Part shown: positions 28,550-47,317 of the stretch, piece after piece
How positions within the stretch are numbered: position 1 is the first letter of the stretch
Layout: each line of letters begins with the position of its first letter
Assembly: GCA_964016885.1 (NCBI GenBank)
Contig: OZ024755.1
Coordinates: 41,540,001 to 41,604,000 of the forward strand
Direction: 5' to 3'
DNA length: 64,000 nt
From: Eledone cirrhosa
Taxonomy: Eukaryota
The notes under the pieces: model-generated
Seen by the model: only the letters and a program-made list of their open reading frames with translations
What the model was told of the DNA's origin: nothing
The model's database searches: none
Translations under genes and position numbers: made by a program

Positions 28550-29400
28550 CTACACTCTATTCCAGAACCTCTTCTCTCTGCCTTGCTGAGTACATTCTCA
28601 CTCTCAATGGTCTTTCCTTTAATGGAGGGTTTTACCAACAGGTCTCTGGAGTGGCCATGGGTACAAGAATGGGAGTTAACTACACCAACTTGTTCGTTAG
28701 ATACATTGAGGCCATGATCTTCACCCAGTACCCTGGTCCAACCCCTGAGTTATACAGTCGTTACATCGACATAGTATCGGTGCTACCTCTTTCTCCTGTC
28801 AACAGCTCGTATTTCTTTTCTTCAGCCTTTCCATCCTGCCCTCACCTTCACCGTCTCCAACGCTTCTGTCCATTTAGTTGATATTTCTCTGTCTATTGAC
28901 AACACTACCTCCATTTTCTACAAGCCCACTCCTCCCATTCACACCAAACTCTCCATAGCCTCCTCCTAATTCCTGTTTTCGTCGGCTCTGTAGCCAGGAC
29001 CAGTTTCAAGACCCAGTCCTAACACATGGCCTCTCATTTCATCAAGCATGGATACCCCCCCCCCCCCAATCCAAGCTGTCCCCAGGCCATCATGTGGCAG
29101 ACTGTTTCGCCTGAACACTTGAAGGACATGCGACTTGGCATGGATACCCTCCGTCACTTGTCATTTCCCTGCCCCCAGGCGACTCTTCCATATGTTTCAG
29201 TCCTTTGTGTCCTTTTACACCATGGTCACAGGCCTCACACACCAGAATTGATTTTCCGCATTTGTTCCAGTTTCATGGACTCAACTCCCCCCCCCCCAAT
29301 TTCTTTAATCTTGCACACATACACTCCTGCTTACTTCTCTACCCGTAGTCAATGTCACCTTTACCTCATCCGCTGCATACATTCACCCCTCGGTTCCTAC
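28550..29400 (+). mobile_element. Degenerate Penelope-like element (RT fragment plus probable GIY-YIG start)
   Basis: LAEYILTLNGLSFNGGFYQQVSGVAMGTRMGVNYTNLFVRYIE...YSRYID is the PLE RT signature; downstream YFSTRSQCHLYLIRC resembles the PLE F.C.S..VIY.I.C endonuclease start. Confidence 0.8.
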
Positions 29401-30216
29401 GTCTTATAGTCAGAAACACACTCTTACAGCTTATACAGACCAACAACACACACACAAACTCTTATATTTACATATACACACCCAGTTCTATATACAAAAC
29501 GGTTTCATCATCTTCGTTTAACGTCCATCTTCCACGCTAGCATCCCTTTCAGATAGACTTGCTCGATCACGACCTCTTAAAACAAGATTATCTTACACAA
29601 AACACCAGCATCAGGTTTTTCTAGAGATGGCGATATGAATGTACCTGCTTTTCTTTTCTAGGACCCGAGTACATTACTGGTGCTTTATTTTATCGACCCC
29701 GTAAGGACAAAAGGAAAAGCCAACCTCAGGATTTCAACTCAGAACGTAAACAGCTGTAACTCTATGCCACAAATCATACTCTACTGATACCACCATTCCA
29801 CTGCCCTTCATTAATTGATCAGCTTAATAACAGAAGTTTTATTATTAAATCTCTACAGATTCTTGATTATTTCCAATATATATTTGAAACGCAGTGTCAT
29901 CTATACATAAAAGAGAGATGTATGTTGGTTGGTGTCCTCACGCATCACACAAAAACAAAAACTGACAGTCAAAAAGAAGTACAGCAATGGAATAAGGGTA
30001 TAATACCCAGGAAGGTTTATTGATACTAATTTTATATCAAAGAAGAAAAACATCCCAGGTATGCTAACCAACCTGACTGCTATTTCTAGCAGGTTGGGAG
30101 ACAACCATAAGGGATTCTCTCTGTGTTGTCAGTAATGATCATGTTTTGTGGCCAGCATCTCAGTGTATTTAAATGCTGGTTTACACATTTATATATAATT
30201 ATCTATATATAATGTT

Positions 30217-30385
30217 ATGAGGTTGGTGTTAGGAAGGGCATCCAGCTGTAGAAATCAAGCCAAATCAGTTCCTGTATGAGCAAGGCATGGTCAGCCGACC
30301 AGACACTGCCCACAACAGGACAACCCGTCTAACCCATGCTAGCGTGGAAGAACGGACGTAAAACGGTGATGATGATGATGATGAT
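30217..30385 (+). mobile_element. Isolated 3' tail of the young RTE family
   Basis: Reverse complement of ~630-800, ends in (GAT)n; inserted in AT-rich DNA. Confidence 0.88.
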
Positions 30386-31884
30386 AATGCACCCCAGCCG
30401 TTTTTATGAAAGATGGGTGAAAGTGGCGAGAATGGCCCGTGTGAATGGGCCTTCACTCTACATTAGACTGTAGGTGAAAAAGATGAAAGATCAAGGGAGC
30501 ATCCTCTCTCTGTGCTCCTGAGGAGAAGGGTTGCACACTTTTTCGGGGGGGGGGGGGGTGCGACCCCCCAAGGCGCCTCCTCCCTATTGAGGATTTTGTT
30601 ATTCAATTTATTTTTGTTATATTTTATATTTTTATATTTTGTTATTGCCTCCTTATTGAGGACGCCTTTTTATGTAAACTCCCCCCATTGTACTTGTCCC
30701 ACTCTTTGACACCCTGGTGGCAAATAAAAAGTAAGTTATCTATAAAAGATTGGAACTTCCATATCATTTTGAGAAACCTGGACCCACCATGTCTATGGAA
30801 TGGCAGAGGATGAACCATCTCCTAGAGATCACTATTCTTGGAGGCAAATCAAGGAGAAAATACATTTATTCCCAAGATTCCCCCCACCCCTTCCTCTACC
30901 AAGCTGCTGTTTAAATTGTCAAGACTTCAGTTCCTTGTTAGAACCAGTTCTGCTATGGCCAGAAATTAAGCTCAGAGTTTCAAAGTTATAGGATTGAATA
31001 CAAGAGAATCACTTTTTACCCATGGACAGATCCAATAGTCGTTTTCTCTTCTACCCGTCTTCTCTTATCATCTGTTTACCCAGGTCAAGCTGGGTACTAG
31101 TTAGAAACATAGTAACAGAAGGGTTAAAACAAATAGGTCAGAAGCAGAAATGATTTCAGACAGTTTGCTAACAAAACGGTTAATAAAGGGTAGTGGAATA
31201 TATCGTAGATTGATGGTATTTAATTAATATTGTACATAAAAAAAACTAAAAGATTATACTTGAAGGTAACAACAGACTATGAGAGTTGATTCACCCTTTT
31301 GTTACTAAACTTTTATTAGGACAACTACCTATGGCTTCTAAATAATCAAGAATTTTGAGGGATTTTGTAATACAACTTTCTCGTTAAGCAGGGTTTGGGA
31401 TAAAACTTAAAGGTTCGTAACATAAAATTATGGAAGGTTTTCAAATAAATATAAACACTTTAAATAAACAGATGTGTATGGGAAAGCCACGTGTGGTTTG
31501 ATATAAAAAGAGTTAAAGGACGAACGACAAACTAAATACTACCAACATACAACTTCTGTAGACCTGATCTGTTATAACCAAATATTTCTCAAATTTCCTT
31601 TTACCCTTTCGTTACCACATTTCTCATGAGATATACTGCCTGTTTTCAATTAATTTTGGGGGGAAATTTGGAGGGATTTTGTAAATTAACTCTGTTAGTA
31701 AGCTAGTGTTTGAGACAATGTTGAAATATAATTGCGATGACAGTTTTAATTTAGATATGAACATTATTAAAACGTAAGGAAGTTTTAGGGGGTTTAGATA
31801 GATATATTTCTTTATTAGCCACATGGGCGCACAAGAAAAGGGGACAATACAAAGACAAGCCGGGGATTTTACATACAGTCGTGT

Positions 31885-32215
31885 AAGATAGATAGATATT
31901 GACAGAGAGAGAGAGAGAGACAGGGAGGGAGGGAGAGAGACAAAGAGGGGGGTGAGAGGGAGAGACAAAGAGGTAGATAGATAGATACAGATAGACAGAG
32001 TGGGGGAGAGAGAGAGATAGATATTGCCAGACAGACTGACAGAGAGAGAGAGACAGAGATAGATATTGACAGACAGAGATAGATAGATATTGACAGACAG
32101 ACTGACAGAGAGAGAGAGAGCGAGAGATAGATAGATATTGACAGACAGACTGACAGAGAGAGAGAGAGCGAGCGAGAGATAGATAGATATTGACAGACAG
32201 ACTGACAGAGAGAAA
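31885..32215. repeat. Compound (GA)n/(GATA)n/(GACA)n microsatellite
   Basis: Direct reading. Confidence 0.9.
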
Positions 32216-32799
32216 GAAGAATGGAGAGTAGGAAAGGAGGAATATCCAAACTAATCTGAAAGCACAGACCTAGAATGATACAAGATTGACTGTACAAACT
32301 CGCCGGCTAAAGGTAAAATATATTTAACCTAAAAAAATGTTCTAATTATAATTTTGCGATCAAAGGTTATATAAGAGCTCAAAATATTTAATTATTCTTA
32401 GTATCTAAATTTGCTCTACAACCGGCAAAAAGTAAATTTAAAAAGTTGTTTTCTAATGCGTTTGAGCACTAACCCATCTTAACAGGGAAGGATGCATCGG
32501 AAATCCTTGACAATCTCCAAATAAAACGAAAATATCTCCTCTGATTCTCCGGATTATAAACACATTAGGATTTATTTAAGGTTGGAGTTGGTTAGGGTCA
32601 CGGTTAGAGTTAGGGTCACAGAGTTTCTTCGTGTATTTGAGATGGGACATGACAATGAATGAGGTAAATAGGGCGATAGTTTCATTGTCATTGTCTCAAC
32701 TATTTCCACATCAAAGTTTATCATGAATGTCCATTAACAAAAACAAAAAAGGCGTTACAAAAAAAATGAAGAGTAAATAGAAAGATAATTTAACGAGTG

Positions 32800-37134
<4,335 letters not shown>

Positions 37135-38560
37135 AAGTTGGCGTCCATCAGGGCTCTGTTCTCAGCCCCCTACTATTTATTATTGCCCTTCAGGCTATAA
37201 CAGAGGAGTTCAAGACAGGCTGCCCATGGGAACTCCTATACGCAGACGACCTGACACTCATAGCGGAATCAATGGCCGAGCTAGAGAAGAAATTCCAAAC
37301 ATGGAAGCACGGCCTAGAGTCAAAAGGACTTAAAATTAACCTGGCTAAGACCAAAGTTCTAGTTTGTAGGAAAGAAAACAAGGCGGCGGTCCCTTCTGGG
37401 AAATGGTCGTGCTCGGTATGTAGGAAAGGCGTAGGTAGAAACTCCATCTTATGTCCTAAATGCAAAGTATGGGTGCATAAAAGATGTAGTGGGATCACAG
37501 GTAAGCTAACTAAGAACATAGACTTTACATGTGGCCGGTGTTCTGGTGCAATAAGTAGCAGCAAGTGCCCACAAAATACTAGCTCTTTCAATTGCGCAGA
37601 GGGTTCTATAGAAATAGTGGACAGCTTCCGTTACCTGGGCGATAAAATCAGCAGTGGGGGAGGGTGCTCTGAAAGTACTGTAGCTAGAGTCAGAACTGGT
37701 TGGAAAAAGTTCAGAGAGCTTATACCACTATTAGCTGCTAAAGGGTTCTCCCTAAAAATGAAAGGCAGGTTGTACGATGCCTGCATACGAACAGCAATGT
37801 TGCATGGTAGTGAGACCTGGGCATTGTGTGCAGAGGATATACGCAGACTAGAGAGGAATGAAGCTTGCATGCTCCGCTGGATGTGTAATAGTAATATACG
37901 TGAACGGCAAAGCATAAACGAACTAAGGAAAAAATTAGAGATAAGAGGGATCAGATGTTGTTTACTCGAGAGAAGGCTGCGTTGGTATGGACACGTGATG
38001 CGCATGAAAGTCGATAGCTGTATTACAAAGTGCAGGGCAATAAAGATAGACGGTAGCCACGGAATAGGCAGACCTAGAAAAACATGGGATGAGCTGATAA
38101 ACTCCGACCTCACACACTTACACCTCTCCAAGACAATGTCACTGGACCGTGACCTTTGGCGGTACTCAGTAACAGAGAAGACCCGCCTTGCCAGTAGGCA
38201 TCTCTAACAAAATACACCCCTCCCGCCGCCACCCCCACCCCATCCACACCACCCCGTTCTATGTAAAGTTATGTTGGTGCCGCGCCATCCAGGCCGAAAC
38301 AAATGAGATCGTGTAGGTGTCACGACAAAAAAACACACAGTCCACGCTGTAATGTGGCCGTGTAGGCAACACGGTAAAAACCTCCCAGACCCACACTGTA
38401 AATGTGGTTGGTGTTAGGAAGGGCATCCAACTGTAGAAAACCTGCCAGACAGTCCTATGCGAGCAAGACAATCACTCTTGCCTCAAGTGGGACTACCCCC
38501 GTCCAAACCCATGCAAGCGTGGAACACGGACGTTAAACGTTGATGATGATGATGATGATG
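37135..38560 (+). mobile_element. 5'-truncated RTE LINE (second subfamily) with (GAT)n tail, inside the TA/CA tract
   Basis: Starts at [14 protein letters not shown], contains LYADD, PHD-like finger and RLRWYGHV (ORF 37272-38207). Confidence 0.93.
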
Positions 38561-39855
38561 ATATATACACACACATATATATATATATATACACACATAT
38601 ATATATATATACACACACATATATATATATACACACATATATATATATATATACACACACACACATATATACACACACATATATATATATACATACACAT
38701 ATATATATATACATACACATATATATATATATACATACACATATATATATATATACATACACACATATATATACATACACATATATATATATATACATAC
38801 ACACATATATATACATACACACATATATATATATACATACACACATATATATATATATACACATATATATATATATACATACACACATATATATATATAC
38901 ATACACACATATATATATATATACATACACATATATATATATATATACATACACATATATATATATATATATACATACACATATATATATATATACATAC
39001 ACATATATATATATATACATACACATATATATATATATACATACACATATATATATATATACATACACATATATATATATATACATACACATATATATAT
39101 ATATATACATACACATATATATATATATATACATACACATATATATATATATATACATACACATATATATATATATATACATACACATATATATATATAC
39201 ATACACATATATATATATATATACATACACATATATATATATATATACATACACATATATATATATATATACATACACATATATATATATATATACATAC
39301 ACATATATATATATACATACACATATATATATATACATACACATATATATATATACATACACATATATATATATATATACATACACATATATATATACAT
39401 ACACATATATATATATACACACACATATATATATATACACACACATATATATATATACACACACATATATATATATACACACACATATATATATATATAC
39501 ATACACATATATATATATACATACACATATATATATATACATACACATATATATATATATACATACACATATATATATATATACATACACATATATATAT
39601 ATATATACATACACATATATATATATATATATACATACACATATATATATATATATACATACACATATATATATATATATACATACACATATATATATAT
39701 ATATACATACACATATATATATATATATACATACACATATATATATATATATACATACACATATATATATACATACACATATATATATACATACACATAT
39801 ATATATACATACACATATATATATATATACATACACATATATATATATATACATA

Positions 39856-39886
<31 letters not shown>

Positions 39887-40106
39887 ACACATATATATAT
39901 ATATACATACACATATATATACATACACATATATATACATACACATATATATACATACATACACACATATACATACGTATGTACATACATACACATATAT
40001 ATATATATACACACACACATATATACATACACATATATATACATACACACACACATATATACATACACACACACATATATATACATACACACACACATAT
40101 ATACAT

Positions 40107-40143
<37 letters not shown>

Positions 40144-40165
40144 CATACATATAGACACACACATA
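38561..40165. repeat. (TA)n(CA)n microsatellite
   Basis: Direct reading. Confidence 0.97.
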
Positions 40166-40796
40166 AACATATGTACGTTATAATTGTTGAGATAATATAT
40201 CATGGAAAATGAATGAAGAGTGAGTTTTTTTTTCTTCATAAAATTTGAATTTCATAACACGACTTAAAAGGCTGAAAGCTTCTTAGATTTTTTTATAACC
40301 GAATTTCAGAAGCCATAGAATGCTGTGATTTATTTCTAATAATTTTGCGCAACTAGTTGTTAGAAAATACCCTAAATTTCTCTTTCTCTAAGGTGTCCGA
40401 AATATACGAGGATAACATCTCCCGCGGGGAGGAGAAGGGGTTTTATTACATGATTAATAAAAACAACCCAGATGTTAAAATGAAAATAATAAATAAAATG
40501 TATAAAAACAACATGCTAAGATAAAGAAGACTATAGAAAGTCTCAAGTGAGAGGAAAATGGAATGTTATATTAAGGATTGTCAAGTGATATGGACATTAA
40601 AACAAGAAATATAGGACAATAGTTGAATTTGAGAGGAAACATTCTCATTGTAAGGCGGATATAAATTAAATCAAACGTAATTAATGGTTGTGTGATGCAA
40701 ACAAACGATATAGAAAAGGCTGTATAGTAAACATGATGCAGTGATACATGTGTGTAGAGATAATCGATAAGTAGAGAGGACAAGAGAAGTACGCAC

Positions 40797-40972
40797 CATG
40801 TGTAGCAGTGGTTATGTTCGGCTTGCTCTTCTTTCGTAAGGTTTACCTTTAAAGTAAAGTTTGAGATTGTTGTTGGACTGTACGGTAATAAAACTTTAGG
40901 TGCATTTAACTTTCCACCATTGACACATGCTAAATTAACAGTAGCTATAAATAATAGTAGAAGAAAAGCCAT
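40797..40972 (-). CDS. NUP210: NUP210/gp210 homologue, coding exon 1 (signal peptide + KLNAPKVLLPY..NFTL..CYTW)
   Basis: Hydrophobic signal peptide MAFLLLLFIATVNLACVNG, then KLN.PKVLLP motif of the gp210 N-terminus; TG/GTGCGT donor in phase 2 joins exon 2. Confidence 0.93.
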
Positions 40973-41280
40973 TATTGAAAATGTTAAAATTGACCGCCAG
41001 TCTTTTTGTTTATCTTATAATGACTTTAATAATAGAGAGTTCCAGTGTGACTAGAATAAAGAGTTATGGTTCTTAGTTACACACTTTACCGTTGTAAACT
41101 AATAGCAGACAGCTATTACAATACATTTCATTGTACATGCTAAAACAAATGAGAAAATAGCTAACTCTCTGTACAATTACATCCTATATAAAAACAAGAA
41201 CATTTTAGGTAATGTAGTTCCAGATAACAGGAATTAATAGTAAACTATTTATCAGCATGTGGCATTTAAAACGTTTTTGG

Positions 41281-41410
41281 GAGCTTGTAGCGAAATGTTC
41301 CTGCGGTTCCTCTCACTGGCATGGCCAATAAAAAGTAACTTTCGACCTCGCTGAGAGGACAGCACATAAATTCTCCCGGTGCTAGGTTTGACGGCGCCAT
41401 TTCTAGGAAG
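41281..41410. promoter_or_regulatory. Candidate promoter region for NUP210
   Basis: Relatively GC/CpG-rich patch 300-450 bp upstream of the ATG, with CCAAT (~41325) and YY1-like CGCCATTT (~41395); motif-level evidence only. Confidence 0.3.
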
Positions 41411-42379
41411 GAGAACATAGCAGGATTTACGTATAAGCTAAACAAGCTATAGCTTAGAGCCCCCACTTTCTTGGGGCCCCCAAAAAATTGAAAAAAAAAA
41501 CGGTGTGTACATTTCCAAAATATAAGATAAAAAAGAACTAAAATAATGCAATAGTTTTAAATAGTTTTCTGCTTTAATATTGAACGTTTTGCAGTTTTTA
41601 TAACATTTTTTTATAGGGCCCCATTATCTCAAATAGTTTAGGGCCTTATCAAATCTAAATCCGCCCTGCCTTCCCCATCTCTCTATATTATGACCATATG
41701 GGGTCCCACGGGCTGGCCGCCCCACGATCTCATCCGACAGAATGGAGAAGGCGTTTCCCCTGTTTCTTTGACTACTACCTTGCTAATACTACTAACGAAC
41801 GATAGCTTGCCACTCTCTATTTCACCATAACGAAAAAACAAAACATCTTCAACTCTTATAATTTGTAGTAATTATATTCCTTTTTCCTTTATTTACTGAG
41901 GCGAAGTACATTTTATACTATTTTGTCGTGTTATTTCATCTTTAACAACACTTATTAGCTTCGCTTCACTGACGAGGTTCTTGTCATTGTCGGCAGCTCG
42001 TCTTTACTGACATGTCAGCTGATGTCTGCGAGGGTGCTTGGTTATTCCAGCCTCATCTGCGGCAATACAAAAGATATGTATAAAGAGAGAGAGAGGACAC
42101 ACTCCCTCAATTACACATTACAACAGGGAACGTTAGTGTTGTCATCTAAAAACTTTTGGAAGCAAACCAAATCATTCACGGCATCATTCATGCAAGTGAT
42201 ATCGAGACTAAGGCGCTGAAATAGCCAAGCACCCTCACGAACATAACCTGATCTTTCAGTAAGACAGGCCACCAACAATAATAATAACCATGTTGTCAGC
42301 TCCCTACCGCACCATTCTTGGACGATTCCAATACCACCGGCTGAAAAGTTTCTCACTCTAACGACAATCTTCGTCTTTT

Positions 42380-43945
42380 TATTGAGATTTTGGCCATAAG
42401 AGATTGCCTCCTATTGTCCGAGAATGTCCTCTCTTATATGCGCCCCCTGTTCTTTGGAGAAAAACTGTTTGGTCCCACAAAGCCCAGCGGTGACCTCCGC
42501 CCCATAGCAGTTGGGTGCACCCTGCAGCGGCTCACTGTGAAGGTATATCTGTGTCCGATTTCAGACAGCCTGTCCGCCGAATTTTCCCCTATTCAGCTAG
42601 GGGTGGGTACCATGCTGGGTTGAAAGGCCGCCACTCACTCCACCAGGACATTTACCAACTTGCCTTCCAAAACTCCCAAGGTCATTCTCAAGCCAGGTCT
42701 CAGGAATGCTTTTAATTCCATCAGTCAGGATGATGTCATTCTCCGTTCAGTAAAGGAAGGGGCCTCGCAGCTTTACCACATTGCTTGGCAAGCCTACCGC
42801 GAGCCCTCCTACCTCACCTTCAGTGACCATCTCTTTCTATCTGCCACAGGGGTCAAACAGGGTGACCTGCTCGGACCTGCACTTTTCGCTCTGGGCATTG
42901 ATGACGTCACCAAGCTGGGAGTTGACCTGGATCTGAATGTCTGGTATCTGGATGATACTTGCTTGGGGGGTCCTCCAGAGAAGGACCTTGCAACTGCAAA
43001 GACGATGATCGGGGAGCTGGGCCATAGGGGCCTTCACGTCAACAGCTCCAAATGCGAGCTCTGGCTCCTCAACCACCCAGCTTCACATCAAGAGAATGTT
43101 GACCTGTTCACAGTCTTTCCCCTCCATCGAGATTCCTCCTCCATTGGCGTGGTGCTCCATTGGGGCCCCAGTTACTGACCAAGCCTTCAAATCTATCTTT
43201 CAATCTAATTGCCTAACCTCAAGAAACTTATAAAAAAGCTCGAAGTCATTGAGCCTCACCAAGGTATTTTCATTCTCCGGAATTATCTGTCAATCCCTAA
43301 GTTGTTGTATTTCCTAGAGTTAGTCCCTTTTACAAATACTCGTCATCTCTCCAACACTTCGACGACCTAATATTCAGTGAGCTTGAGGGTTTGGTCAATG
43401 TCCAACTCTCTCCAGAGTCCCGCAACGAAGCTGCCTTACCCAAACAGTTTTGGGGGTCTCGGTCTGCATAAATGCACATCTTTGTCTCTACCTTGCTTTC
43501 TTTCCTCCATCCACACTTGCTCCCCTTTGGTGGGTGACATCCTCTCCTTCCCAACTTGGACTAGTTCTACCAGGGAGATGGATGAAGCTTTACTACAGTG
43601 GTGAGAGCTGGGTTTGTCAGTCCCAGTTACTGATGAGGATAGATGGAAGTAGAGAATATGGGACAATTTGTGTTTGAGGGATACTTTCAACTCTATCTTT
43701 GATCTTTCCGATCAATTTTCAAGGTGTCGCTTACTATCTGCTAACACAAAGTTCTCGGGGGGACTGGATTGATGCCCTGCATCTGGCCAACATTGGTGGC
43801 CTTCTCAGTCAGGACGAACTCCGTATCTCCATGGCACTTCGTGTGGGAGTCAACGTCTGTGGAGGTCTGAGATGCTGCTGTGGTAGGACCCTCAACTCCA
43901 CAGGTTTACATGGTTTGTCCTGCCACCTAAATGCTGGACATAACT
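42380..43945 (+). mobile_element. Degenerate CRE-like (early-branching, restriction-like endonuclease type) non-LTR retrotransposon
   Basis: GDLRPIAVGCTLQRL, PIQLGVG, LRNAFNSI, GVKQGDLLGPALFALGI, WYLDDTCLGG, LP...GGLGL and C-terminal CCCG..LNSTGLHGLSC knuckle; several stops and frameshifts. Confidence 0.8.
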
Positions 43946-44099
43946 TTATGTCACAAAGCATCGAGGAACAATCAACATATTTCTGGGACTGTATACCTCT
44001 ATGTTACTGTTGAACAAATGGATGACGATTGGTCATCGAGGCACAGCACAGCCTTGTCGGGCTGTTTGCTTGCTAACAAATCAAATATTATTGTGGATT

Positions 44100-44280
44100 G
44101 GCAGTATCGGTAGAGGGTCGGACGCCATGCTTTGCAGCACAGTTACATCCCTTTACGCACTGAGTTCAAATCCCGCTGAGGTTAACTTTGCCTTTCATCC
44201 TTACGGGGTCGATAAAATAAAGTACCAGTAATACACTGGGATAATTGCTGGCCTTGTGCCCAAAGTAGAAACAATTATTA
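44100..44280 (+). mobile_element. SINE family 2 copy; others at ~45225-45400 (+), 46025-46210 (-), 46268-46385 (-), 46580-46720 (+), 29645-29810 (-)
   Basis: Shared GAGTTCAAATCCCGC (B box)..GGTTAACTTTGCCTTTCATCCTTACGGGGTCGATAAAATAAAGTACCAG..GAAACAATTATT. Confidence 0.85.
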
Positions 44281-44335
44281 TTATCATTATTCGATATAAC
44301 CCATACGTACATATGTATATATACATATGTGTGTG

Positions 44336-44371
<36 letters not shown>

Positions 44372-44620
44372 TCATCATTATCATTGTTTAACAACTATTT
44401 TCCACGCTAGTGTGTGCTGGGTGCTTTTTGCTGTGTTTCCTACACGACCACTTTACTGTGGGGCTGGATGTTTTGTGGGGTGTATATTGGATTAAGAGGT
44501 GTCTACTGAATATAAGTTTAAGTCAAGTCCGTGTGCAAGTTCCGTATTACTGCATTGCGCTAAAGATCTTGATCCTGTGTCAGCTTTTACCACCCGTCCC
44601 AGGACTTTCTGAGTCTTCCT

Positions 44621-45188
44621 AATATATATATATGTGTGTGTATGTGTACGTGTGCATACTTACAGTTATATTATATATATATATGTGTGTGTATGTGTAC
44701 GTGTGCATACTTACAGTTATATTATATATATATATGTGTGTGTGTGTGTACGTGTGCATACTTACAGTTATATTATATATATATATGTGTGTGTGTGTGT
44801 ACGTGTGCATACTTACAGTTATATTATATATATATATGTGTGTGTGTGTGTACGTGTGCATACTTACAGTTATATTATATATATATATGTGTGTGTGTGT
44901 GTACGTGTGCATACTTACAGTTATATTATATATATATATGTGTGTGTATGTGTACGTGTGCATACTTACAGTTATATTATATATATATATGTGTGTGTGT
45001 GTGTACGTGTGCATACTTACAGTTATATTATATATATATATGTGTGTGTGTGTGTACGTGTGCATACTTACAGTTATATTATATATATATATGTGTGTGT
45101 GTGTGTACGTGTGCATACTTACAGTTATATTATATATATATATGTGTGTGTATGTGTACGTGTGCATACTTACAGTTATATTATATAT
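44621..45188. repeat. 51-bp tandem repeat, ~11 copies
   Basis: Unit (TA)n(TG)nTACGTGTGCATACTTACAGTTATAT; TACAGTT at 44661, 44712... Confidence 0.95.
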
Positions 45189-47317
45189 AAATTAACGATT
45201 TTATTTATTATATATTATAATTTTGGCAGTATTGGTAGAGGGTCGGACGCCATGCTTTGACGCATAGAGTCATGGCCCTTTCCATTCTGAGTTCAAATCC
45301 CGCTATGGTTAACTTTGCCTTTCATCCTTACGGGGTCGATAAAATAAAGTACCAGTAATGCACTGTTTAATTGTTGGCTTTGTGCCAAAAGTAGAAACAA
45401 GGTGGAGGTGCTGAGGGTATTACGTAGCTGTGAGTGGGCAGGGGCAGAGGCCGGCCCAAAGGGTTTGAGAACCTCGGGTGTAAATGGTTGAGTATACTCC
45501 AGACAGTAGTGGCCTTAATGTAATTCCCAACTCTAATCAGCAATATATATAGCAAGACTACACTGTTGAACTACAGCTACAAAATCCGGCAGGCTTCCAC
45601 ATAGTCTTGGTCAATCCAATTTGACTTACAAGGCTTGGAGTTTTGGTCATGTCGAGGGGTGTAGCCATACTCACCATGCTTAACCAATTGCAGGTTGGTG
45701 ATTCTATTCAACCCATAGCTCTTGTTTATTGTGTTGCTAGGGTTCCACTTACTCTCCTCAGGGTCTGGTGGGGGAGCTGGTTTAGATGCTGACTACTGGA
45801 CCATAAAGCAGGTTGTACTGGGGTACATGGTACCACCAGCAGCTAGAAACATGACCTGACCTGCAGATTACGATTACGTTGACGGAAAAGTTTTTAATTC
45901 CTGTTTTTTTTTTTATACTTTCATTTTCGTTATTACTTTTATTTGTAGTAAGTTAAACATAAAGGTGAAATGTTTCCATCATACCTTGCAATTTTATGTC
46001 GATAATGAATAATACCAATTAAAATAATTATTTCTACTTTTGGCACAAGGCCAGCAATTATCCCAGTGCATTACTGGTACTTTATTTTATCGACCTCATA
46101 AGGATGAAAGGCAAAGTTAACCTTGGTGGGATTTGAACTCAGACCATAAAGGGAGGTAACTCTTTGCTACAAAGCATGGCGTCCGACCCTCTACCGATAC
46201 TGCCTACCCACCGCCTTCTGGTACTTTATTTTATCGCTTAAAATAATATGCATGGATTTCGCTTAAAATAATTGTTTCTACGTTAGGCACAAGGCCAGCA
46301 ATTACCCAGTGCATTACTGGTACTTTATTTTATCGACCCCGTAAGGATGAAAGGCAAAGTTAACCTTGGCGGGAATTGAACTCAGATTAATGTGCACGGA
46401 TTAGAAAATTATGAGGAAACAAAGTGGGTTAGGAGAGTAAGTTATATTGACAGGAGATATTGTGGGTGGGAAACAACTGCGCCACAATACTCATGTCCTC
46501 ATTGACAGTGTAATATATTATTAGGTCGAGAAATAGTTTTGTCTAGCTATGTTAGAGAGTGTATTATATTTATAACGTATAGAGTTACGGCCCTTGCCAT
46601 TCCGAGTTCAAATCCCGCCAAGGTTAACTTTGCCTTTCATCCTTACGGGGTCGATAAAATAAAGTACCAGTAATGCACTGGGTATTTGCTGGCCTTGTGC
46701 CTAACGTAGAAACAATTATATTTATAACGTTCCTAATTAGTTGCTTATATGTATATACTTCTATTTAATCTTATATATTAAAGCGGTGTACAGAAAGTCA
46801 AGTCACACTTTTGGCTAGGGTAAAAAAAAAAAAGGTTTCAACCTAAATTAAAGCATTTCTTGAGTCTTTTAAGCCTGAAATTGAGAGAAAGGAAGTGGGA
46901 AAGAGATATAGAGAACGATTGACCCCTATACTAGACTGAAACTTTTTTATTGACCTTGAATGGATGAAAGAGAAAGTTCACTTCGGCAGAATTTGTAGTC
47001 AGAGAGCAGACCACCAAACCAAATACCACAAAACACTATATCTAGCATTCTAACGATTGCTAATTAGTATTTAATATCGTAAGATTAGTATAATAAAGGT
47101 TTTTCATACATTGAGTTTCACAATTTTTAGAATAAATTTGAAAAACTCTGCCACAATTTATCATTACCATTTTATATGTATTCCATGCTGGAGTGGGTTG
47201 GACAGGTTGTTATAGTGTAAACTAAACTGTTTGGAAAACCTCAGCTTGCTCATATGGTCCATATTTTGCATGGGTTCTATGGATGCCTTACCTAATGCCA
47301 ACCAGAGTGTATTGGAT

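Noticed and set aside
32580-32620. TTAGGG-like motifs
   Set aside because: Only two non-tandem copies; insufficient for an interstitial telomere call
41266-41466. Small ORF with ATGGCG start upstream of NUP210
   Set aside because: No recognisable homology or splice link; the signal-peptide ATG at 40972 already gives a complete N-terminus
41417-41668. Possible hAT-type MITE ending AAATCCGCCCTG
   Set aside because: Left terminus too degenerate and no 8-bp target duplication found
41968-42010. CTGACGA as a possible hammerhead core
   Set aside because: No suitably placed GAAA or stems downstream
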